Below, in pieces: positions 56,977 through 64,000 of a stretch of DNA of 64,000 nt. The stretch comes from Gammaproteobacteria bacterium (GTDB lineage: Bacteria; Pseudomonadota; Gammaproteobacteria; JAJFKG01). Both the position numbers and the translations under genes were made by a program. The number at the start of each line of letters is the position of its first letter. Position 1 is the stretch's first letter. Below the pieces are notes generated by a model. The model was given only the letters and a program-made list of their open reading frames with translations. It was not told the origin of the DNA and searched no databases. The stretch covers positions 224,001 through 288,000 of the forward strand of contig OZ220716.1 of NCBI GenBank assembly GCA_965116795.1, read 5' to 3'.

Positions 56977-58272
56977 GTGTCACACTCCGATGAACTATAT
57001 CTACAAGCACAACAACTGATGCCTGGTGGGGTAAACTCACCAGTACGTGCTTTTCATGGCGTCGGTGGTAACCCAATTTTTTATAACCAGGCACAAGGTG
57101 CTTATCTTACTGATGTCGATGGTAAACGTTATATTGACTACGTTGGTGGTTGGGGACCAATGATTGTAGGCCATAGCCACCCCGCTGTTATCGATGCAGT
57201 ACAACAATGTGTGCAAGACGGTTGGTGTTTTGGTACATCACATCCGCTAGAAATTACCTTGGCGCAAAAAATTAGTGATCTAATGCCTCACATTGAAATG
57301 ATGCGCATGGTTAATTCAGGCACTGAAGCAACATTGAGTGTATTACGTTTAGCAAGAGGCTATACACATCGTAATAAAATCATTAAATTTGCTGGCTGTT
57401 ATCATGGCCATCACGATGCACTGCTGGTAAGTGCAGGTTCTGGTGGTTTAACCTTTGGTTCACCAACGTCTGCTGGGTTAACTCCTGGTGTCATTCAAGA
57501 TACATTGGTCGCCCAATATAATAATTTGTCTGAAGTCACTGAATTATTTACACAACAAGGTGATGACATTGCGGCTATTATTGTTGAACCGATTGCAGGC
57601 AACATGGGTTGTATTCCACCGGTACCGGGTTTTCTAGCCGGTTTACGCGCTTTATGTGATCAACATGGTAGTCTATTAATCTTTGATGAAGTGATGACAG
57701 GCTTTCGTGTTGCACGTGGTGGTGCACAAGGATTATATGGTATTAAACCTGATTTAACAACATTTGGTAAAGTTATTGGTGGCGGTTTCCCCGTCGGTGC
57801 ATTTGGTGGACGTCGTGATATCATGCAACACTTAGCACCAGTTGGCAATGTTTATCAAGCAGGCACATTATCCGGTAATCCAGTTACCGTCGCCGCTGGA
57901 TTAGCAACGCTTGAACTCATTAGTGCAGCTAACTTTTATGAAAATCTAATTGAAATGACACAATTGCTAACCAATGCTATTTATAGCTGTGCTAATGCAG
58001 CTGGGATCCCCATTATTATTAATCAAGTTGGTGCAATGTTTAGTGTGTTTTTCACTGAACAAACCCAAGTAAACAATTTAACTGATGTTAATGCCTGCGA
58101 TACGAACTATTTTAAACACTATTTTCATCGCATGCTTTCCCAAGGTATTTACTTGGCACCATCTGCGTATGAATCCAACTTTGTATCATCAGCACATGCA
58201 CGTGAAGAAATTGAATTAACCATTACGGCAATATCCAATACCTTTGCCACCGTCACACCCCAAACTGAGTAA
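56977..58272 (+). CDS. hemL: Glutamate-1-semialdehyde 2,1-aminomutase
   Basis: PGGVNSPVRAF, NSGTEA, FDEVMTGFR, GKVIGGG; GTG start at 56977. Confidence 0.97.
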   Translation: MSHSDELYLQAQQLMPGGVNSPVRAFHGVGGNPIFYNQAQGAYLTDVDGKRYIDYVGGWGPMIVGHSHPAVIDAVQQCVQDGWCFGTSHPLEITLAQKISDLMPHIEMMRMVNSGTEATLSVLRLARGYTHRNKIIKFAGCYHGHHDALLVSAGSGGLTFGSPTSAGLTPGVIQDTLVAQYNNLSEVTELFTQQGDDIAAIIVEPIAGNMGCIPPVPGFLAGLRALCDQHGSLLIFDEVMTGFRVARGGAQGLYGIKPDLTTFGKVIGGGFPVGAFGGRRDIMQHLAPVGNVYQAGTLSGNPVTVAAGLATLELISAANFYENLIEMTQLLTNAIYSCANAAGIPIIINQVGAMFSVFFTEQTQVNNLTDVNACDTNYFKHYFHRMLSQGIYLAPSAYESNFVSSAHAREEIELTITAISNTFATVTPQTE

Positions 58273-58280
58273 CACAATCA

Positions 58281-59321
58281 ATGTCACAATCTACATCACC
58301 GTCAAGAACACCTCGTCAATTCCATGTTTATGGATTAGGCAATGCATTAGTCGACACAGCCATTGAAGTCCCTGACGCTATGCTACAACAATTAAATATC
58401 GATAAAGGTGTTATGACATTAATCGATGAACAGACTGCGCTTGATATTGCATTAGCATTACATGATTTCCCGCATACACGTGCATGTGGCGGTTCAGCAG
58501 CTAATACAATGATTGCGCTAGCACAGTTTGGCGGTTGCAGTTTTTATTCTTGTCGTGTTGCTGATGATAAAGATGGTCTATTTTATTTACAAGATTTACA
58601 ACGTGCCGGTGTAGCAACCCAATTAACTAAAACTAATTTAGTAAAAGGAACTGCAACAGGACGTTGTTTTGTCTTAATCACCGCAGATGCACAACGCACG
58701 ATGGTTACTCACTTAGGCGCAACAGCTGAATTTTCACGTATCGAATTAGATCCACAGGCCATTTGCAATGCGGAATATATTTATATTGAAGGGTATTTAG
58801 CAGCGCAAGAAAACGCCAGTACCGCAGCAATAGAAGCATACCAATTGGCTAAACAACACCATATCAAGATCGCATTGACTTTATCTGATCCAAACATGGT
58901 AACCCATTGCAAAACACAATTGTTAGCGATGATCGGTGATGGCGTTGATTTACTATTTTGTAATGAACAAGAAGCATTATTATTTACTGACACAACAACA
59001 TTAACTGATGCGTGTGATGCCTTAAAACGTTACACCAAACAGTTTGCAATCACACTTGGCGCCAAAGGCTCTCTTGTATACGATGGTAATATATATGAGC
59101 ATGTGCCTGGCTATAGGGTTAATGCAATTGATACTGTTGGTGCAGGGGATATGTTTGCAGGCGCATTTTTATATGGGATTACCCATAATAAATCATTAAC
59201 AGTTGCTGCTGATTTAGCAAATTATGCAGCCAGCCATATCGTTACTAAGATCGGGCCTCGTTTAACAACCGATGAAGCAAATGCTATATTGGATATAATA
59301 CATCGATCTAACGTTAGTTAA
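58281..59321 (+). CDS. PfkB-family (adenosine kinase-like) kinase
   Basis: GNALVD, GGSAANT, DTVGAGDMFAGAFLYG. Confidence 0.9.
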   Translation: MSQSTSPSRTPRQFHVYGLGNALVDTAIEVPDAMLQQLNIDKGVMTLIDEQTALDIALALHDFPHTRACGGSAANTMIALAQFGGCSFYSCRVADDKDGLFYLQDLQRAGVATQLTKTNLVKGTATGRCFVLITADAQRTMVTHLGATAEFSRIELDPQAICNAEYIYIEGYLAAQENASTAAIEAYQLAKQHHIKIALTLSDPNMVTHCKTQLLAMIGDGVDLLFCNEQEALLFTDTTTLTDACDALKRYTKQFAITLGAKGSLVYDGNIYEHVPGYRVNAIDTVGAGDMFAGAFLYGITHNKSLTVAADLANYAASHIVTKIGPRLTTDEANAILDIIHRSNVS

Positions 59322-59358
59322 TCATAACTACTCATGCACTATTGAGGAAAACGTAAGA

Positions 59359-59769
59359 TCACTCACCTGCTTGCTCAGTTTGATACTTAGGTACATGCAA
59401 ACGTAACAAACCATCAACTACTTCATCAGTTAATGGTTTAACAACATAGTCAGTCATGCCAGCACGGAATGAGTCTTGTTTTATTCTTTCATCTAAGTGT
59501 GCTGTCAATGCAATAATGGGAATACGACTGGCAATACCCGAAAACGTTTGCCGAATAGTTTCTGTCACTGTTAAACCATCAATATCTGGCAAACCCAAAT
59601 CCATAAAAATGACATCGTAATCCTGATGTTGTTGTACCGCATCAATTGCAGCGGCACCATTATCAACAACATCTACGCGACACCCACATGCTTGTAATGC
59701 ATACAGCGCAATCTTCTGTGCAATTGGTAAATCTTCTACAAGCAGTATTCTTGGTGTATTATCTGTCAT
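59359..59769 (-). CDS. Stand-alone response regulator (receiver domain only)
   Basis: LLVED, FMDLGLPD, ALTAH, VKP. Confidence 0.9.
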   Translation of the reverse strand: MTDNTPRILLVEDLPIAQKIALYALQACGCRVDVVDNGAAAIDAVQQHQDYDVIFMDLGLPDIDGLTVTETIRQTFSGIASRIPIIALTAHLDERIKQDSFRAGMTDYVVKPLTDEVVDGLLRLHVPKYQTEQAGE

Positions 59770-59789
59770 TGGGTGCTCCTTCTCCCTGT

Positions 59790-59981
59790 CTTACCCTTCG
59801 ACTTGCAAGCTGATACTTCGTTGCAAACTTGCCTTCGCTGCTCATGTATGTCTAATACACTCCGCTGCTCGGCTACGTCTGCGCCTCGTCTCAACTTACA
59901 ATCCTTTAGGCCTTACACTTCGACTTGCAAGCTGATACTTCGTTATAGTCTTTTTACAAGTTACAATCAGTCTTAGGGTAC
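59790..59981. repeat. ERIC/RPE-like element followed by a truncated tandem copy
   Basis: 33-bp direct repeat with 1 mismatch (59790-59822 and 59912-59944); minus-strand core GGAGTGTATTAGACATACATGAG. Confidence 0.75.
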
Positions 59982-60006
59982 ACTTTCCATCGTTATACTT
60001 TAAAAC

Positions 60007-61122
60007 TTAACCAGTTTGCCGTTCACGAATTTCATACACGGTCTTACAATCAATACATAATGTTGCTGTCGGCCGTGCTTCTAAACGACGAATACCAATT
60101 TCAATACCACATGCATCACAAAAACCATAATCATCTCGCTTTAGTCGTTCCAACGCTTCATCAATCTTTTTAATTAATTTACGTTCACGATCACGCGTAC
60201 GCAACTCTAAGGTAAATTCTTCTTCTTGAGTTGCACGATCATTTGGATCAGGGAAATTAGCAGCTTCATCTTTCATATGAGATACAGTACGATCAACTGC
60301 TTCCATTAATTGATGTTTCCAATGCTCTAAAATACGACAAAAATGCTCGCGTTGCTTTTCATTCATATACTCTTCATTAGGTGCTGCTTTATAAGGTGGG
60401 ATCCCCATAATACTACTCGATACCGTAGCACCTTTTTCTAATACGCTTCCTAATATAACATTGTCCATAGTTTCTCTTTCCATCCCAGTTGTTATTCTTT
60501 CCGTCTTGACAGACGATCTAGTAATAGTTGTCATGGCTTGCCTTACCTTCTTGGGATGATGTGCCTTTGCTGATTTTTTTACTGTTGAAGACGTTGCGAT
60601 AGTTTTCTTAGAGGCTGCTACTTTTTGCTTAGTATTATTACGACTAGTGTTGGCTGTAGTAATCGATTGATGACTTCGCTTAGTTGAAGACTTTGTGGTT
60701 TTCTTTGCAGTTTTCTTAACTACTTTCTTAGTAGTTTTTGCGTTAGTCACTTTACGGGCTGTTGATTGTTTTGCGACTTTCTTAGCCACTTTCTTAGCCA
60801 CTTTCTTAACAGCTTTCTTTTTTGCTACTGGTTTCTTCTTGGTTGTTGTTCTTCTCACTGTTTTCTTAGCAACCTTCTTCGTTGCTTTCTTTACAGTAGA
60901 TTTACGTGCAGTACGCTTAGCCGTTGCCTTTTTTGCTGCTGTTTTTTTTGCTGTTGTTTTTTTCGTGCGCTGTTGACCGGTTGTGCGTTTTTTAGCAGTT
61001 TTCTTAACTGCTTTACGTTTTTGAGAAGAAACACGTGATCGGGTAGCTGCCTTTTTGCGTGTCGCTGTTTGCTTAGCGACTGTTTTACGCTTTGTACCTG
61101 CCTTTTTTTTTGCCTTGGCCAT
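60007..61122 (-). CDS. dksA: DksA with a long Lys/Ala/Thr-rich N-terminal extension
   Basis: [30 protein letters not shown]4 zinc finger; AGAGGG RBS before ATG 61122. Confidence 0.93.
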   Translation of the reverse strand: MAKAKKKAGTKRKTVAKQTATRKKAATRSRVSSQKRKAVKKTAKKRTTGQQRTKKTTAKKTAAKKATAKRTARKSTVKKATKKVAKKTVRRTTTKKKPVAKKKAVKKVAKKVAKKVAKQSTARKVTNAKTTKKVVKKTAKKTTKSSTKRSHQSITTANTSRNNTKQKVAASKKTIATSSTVKKSAKAHHPKKVRQAMTTITRSSVKTERITTGMERETMDNVILGSVLEKGATVSSSIMGIPPYKAAPNEEYMNEKQREHFCRILEHWKHQLMEAVDRTVSHMKDEAANFPDPNDRATQEEEFTLELRTRDRERKLIKKIDEALERLKRDDYGFCDACGIEIGIRRLEARPTATLCIDCKTVYEIRERQTG

Positions 61123-61250
61123 GTAGTCTTCCCTCTTACCTGAATTAATACAATGTCACTGGCTAGTCTCATTGTTGCACCCAACAACTTACCCAGTGCC
61201 ATCGAGATAGTCGCCAGATGCTAACCCTCTTTTTGTAGAAAAGCAAGCCG

Positions 61251-61302
61251 TTGCTAGATCCATCAAAGATGATGTTTTCCTTTAATAAGCCTAAGTAGTC
61301 AC
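61251..61302. repeat. Right arm of the GTAAC-ended element, containing the prmC stop
   Basis: agatccatcaaagatgatgttttcctttaataagcctaagtagtcac matches 47805-47851. Confidence 0.7.
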
Positions 61303-62165
61303 CGCTTCGCTAAGGTAACTCGCGCCCGTTGTCCCAGATCGTTAATCGATTCGATTTGGCTAAATCCACATTGAGTCAGCAACGCTCTCACAGCAATTGC
61401 TTGCAAGTAACCATGTTCTAAAAATAGCCAACCTTGGGGTCGCAAATACGTTAACGCTTGGGTAATAATCTGCTTAATGGCAGCCAGTCCATTATCAGCG
61501 GCGACTAATGCTTGGCGTGGTTCGTGTTGCAATGCAATTAAATGCGGATCATCTACACTAATATACGGAGGATTACTAACAATAACATCAAATTGTTGAC
61601 CGGCAAATGGCGTTAACCAATCACCTACTATAAAACAAACATTGCGAATGTGGTAATGTTGTGCATTGTATTTTGCAACTTGCAGTGCAGCAACGGATAT
61701 ATCAGTTGCAGTTACCTGCCAATGTACACGCGCATGTGCTAAATTCAACGCCACACTACCACTACCCGTGCCTAGATCAACAATACGCAACGCTAAATCT
61801 GCTGGTAATCGATCAAGACACGCTGCAATTAATGTATCTGTATCGGCACGTGGGATTAATGTATCTGGTGTCACCGATAACGTTAGTTGATAAGACGCCC
61901 ACTCACCGAGCAAATAAGCCGCTGGTGTCCCTTGCTTACGCGCCAAGATCAATTGTGAAAACTGAGTTGCTAATGCTGCTGTTAAACACCTATCAGGCCA
62001 GGCCAGCAGATAACTATGTGGCTTATTTAACACGTGCATTAACAACAATTCACTGTCACGTTGTGCATCTTGTCCAAGTTGCAACTGCTGTACTGCCCAT
62101 TGCAAGCTATATTTAATACTTGGTGTTGTAGATAACGTTAGCAACCCAAGATCACTGTTAGCCAT
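61299..62165 (-). CDS. prmC: Release factor glutamine methyltransferase
   Basis: [23 protein letters not shown]; downstream of prfA. Confidence 0.95.
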   Translation of the reverse strand: MANSDLGLLTLSTTPSIKYSLQWAVQQLQLGQDAQRDSELLLMHVLNKPHSYLLAWPDRCLTAALATQFSQLILARKQGTPAAYLLGEWASYQLTLSVTPDTLIPRADTDTLIAACLDRLPADLALRIVDLGTGSGSVALNLAHARVHWQVTATDISVAALQVAKYNAQHYHIRNVCFIVGDWLTPFAGQQFDVIVSNPPYISVDDPHLIALQHEPRQALVAADNGLAAIKQIITQALTYLRPQGWLFLEHGYLQAIAVRALLTQCGFSQIESINDLGQRARVTLAKR

Positions 62166-63258
62166 TATCATCACTGTGTAATTGCGCCAATTGATCAGCT
62201 TGATATTCACGTTGTAACGGCTGGATAATCTGTGCTAAATCACCATTGATGATATCGGTTAATTTATATAAGGTTAAATTGATGCGGTGATCAGTAACTC
62301 TGCCCTGCGGGTAATTATAGGTACGGATCCGTTCGGAGCGATCACCTGAACCCACTAAATCACGCCGGGTTTGTGCCTGCGAAGCACGTTGTGCTTCGCG
62401 TTCTGCGGTTAATAATCGCGCTTGTAATAATGCCATCGCTTTAGCACGGTTTTTATGTTGCGAGCGTTCATCTTGACATTCTACAACGATCCCCGTTGGC
62501 AAATGGGTTACACGAATAGCAGAATCCGTTTTATTAACATGCTGACCACCAGCACCAGAAGCACGATAGGTATCTATTTTCAAATCGCTGGGATTAATAT
62601 CGATATTATCAATAGCATCTACTTCTGGCATCACAGCAACAGTACATGCAGAGGTATGGATCCGCCCTTGCGATTCTGTTTCCGGCACACGTTGTACTCG
62701 ATGTGCCCCTGATTCAAATTTCAATTGTGCATAAACCGATTTGCCACTGACTTTAGTAATCACTTCTTTATAGCCACCATGTTCACCATCACTGGTGCTA
62801 ACAATCTCTACTTGCCAACCTTGAGTTTCTGCATAACGACTATACATACGCAGTAAATCACCGGCAAAAATTGCTGCTTCATCACCACCGGTACCAGCAC
62901 GCACTTCTAAAAACACATTGCGTTCATCATCTGGATCATTTGGGATCAATAGCAACTGTAACGTTTCTAATAAGGTATTCTGTTGTTGTTTAGCAGCGTC
63001 AATTTCTTCTTCAGCCATTGCACGCATAGTTTGATCTTGTTCTGCTTGCAATAGTTCTGTTGCACTGTGTTCAGCAGCTACTGCTGATTGATATTGATGA
63101 AATGCGTTAACTAATGGTTCAAGCTCAGCATATTCTTTAGATAATTGGCGAAAACGATGTTGATCAGAAATCACATCAGGCACGCTTAACAAATGGCTAA
63201 TTTCTTGATGACGCTCGACCAGCACCGTTAATTTTTCGTGTAGCGATGACTTCATCAT
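62158..63258 (-). CDS. prfA: Peptide chain release factor 1
   Basis: [34 protein letters not shown]; start overlaps the hemA stop (ATGA). Confidence 0.97.
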   Translation of the reverse strand: MMKSSLHEKLTVLVERHQEISHLLSVPDVISDQHRFRQLSKEYAELEPLVNAFHQYQSAVAAEHSATELLQAEQDQTMRAMAEEEIDAAKQQQNTLLETLQLLLIPNDPDDERNVFLEVRAGTGGDEAAIFAGDLLRMYSRYAETQGWQVEIVSTSDGEHGGYKEVITKVSGKSVYAQLKFESGAHRVQRVPETESQGRIHTSACTVAVMPEVDAIDNIDINPSDLKIDTYRASGAGGQHVNKTDSAIRVTHLPTGIVVECQDERSQHKNRAKAMALLQARLLTAEREAQRASQAQTRRDLVGSGDRSERIRTYNYPQGRVTDHRINLTLYKLTDIINGDLAQIIQPLQREYQADQLAQLHSDDNG

Positions 63259-64000
63259 GTCGTTATATCTAATCCGAAACAATGTTGCAGTACATCTAAC
63301 ATTTCCCAATCACCTTGTTCAGCTAATTCATTGATTAACGTGGTAGGTGCATGAGTCAATGTGTTACGTAAACGGCGGGTTAATTCAGTTAGTACAGCAT
63401 TGGGATCAACACCATTTGCCAATTGACTACGTGCTTGAGTTAACAGTGTGTCACACAACTGAGTTGCATGATCTCGATACGCACGAACAGTTACGACAGC
63501 ATCTAAACTGCGTAACGTTGCCATAAATGCATTAGCATGTAATTCAATCAATGCATCAGCTTGTTTAGCAGCACCTTGGCGCTCAGCGACATTACGTGCA
63601 ACCACATCAGTTAAGCTGTCAATTGTATGTAACATGATGTTAGGCAAATCTGCACAGTCTGCAGCAATGTTACGTGGCAATGCCAAATCGATTAACAATA
63701 AGGGTGATGTTGTTTGTCGACGCGCAGTAATTAACTGGTTTGAGGTAATCAACGGTTTTCCAGCATTTGTCGCTGTAATTACCACATCTGCTTGGGTCAA
63801 ATGATGTGGGATCGCACCTAAGCATGTACCTTCCCCAGCAAAGCGTTTTGCTAATCGACTAGCCTTAATCACATCACGATTTCCAATGGTTAAATCAGTG
63901 ACGTGTAAATTTTGTAAATAACGTGCAACCAATTCAATGGTGTCCCCTGCACCAACTAATAAAATGCGTGACTTAGTAATATCATTAACAATTTGTTTGG
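63255..64000 (-). CDS. hemA: Glutamyl-tRNA reductase (3' part; runs off the window)
   Basis: [12 protein letters not shown] upstream of the listed [17 protein letters not shown]; hemA-prfA-prmC synteny. Confidence 0.92.
   Translation of the reverse strand, partial: KQIVNDITKSRILLVGAGDTIELVARYLQNLHVTDLTIGNRDVIKASRLAKRFAGEGTCLGAIPHHLTQADVVITATNAGKPLITSNQLITARRQTTSPLLLIDLALPRNIAADCADLPNIMLHTIDSLTDVVARNVAERQGAAKQADALIELHANAFMATLRSLDAVVTVRAYRDHATQLCDTLLTQARSQLANGVDPNAVLTELTRRLRNTLTHAPTTLINELAEQGDWEMLDVLQHCFGLDITT

Overview
This is a chromosomal segment, roughly 40% GC by eye, from a Legionellales/Coxiella-like gammaproteobacterium. The taxonomy is inferred from the Dot/Icm genes, a Pht-like MFS transporter, an LbtU-like porin and glyA-nrdR-nusB synteny. 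Most genes are housekeeping: mlaEDCB-murA, pmbA, upp, tldD, gatCAB, mreBCD-yhdP, pgpA, nusB, nrdR, glyA, ettA, radA, purL, pyrC, dapF-hldE-hldD, erpA, hemJ, hemL, dksA, hemA-prfA-prmC. A partial type IVB secretion locus is present (icmT-icmS-icmQ, dotDCB, icmV-dotA, icmW-orf-icmX), along with one intact IS982-family element, a solitary TrfA-like replication initiator, two tandem kinase-fold paralogs and a probable outer-membrane beta-barrel protein. The most unusual signal is about 20 intergenic palindromic elements. They comprise ERIC-like elements, GTAAC-ended elements and CGTC-tagged REP/RPE-like elements, several sharing a GAGTGTA..TACATGA hairpin core. They supply the stop codons of nusB, glyA, mreC and prmC and read in frame into upp, hemL and pgpA. 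They are themselves invaded by 22-30 nt hairpins ending in G(A/G)CAAG, nested up to three levels deep. Protein-level oddities include IcmQ with an N-terminal extension where icmR would be, DotA with a ~220-aa acidic insert, DksA fused to a histone-H1-like tail, and a probable ATC start for mreC. No rRNA, tRNA or CRISPR array was seen. All family assignments come from recalled motifs, not from database searches.
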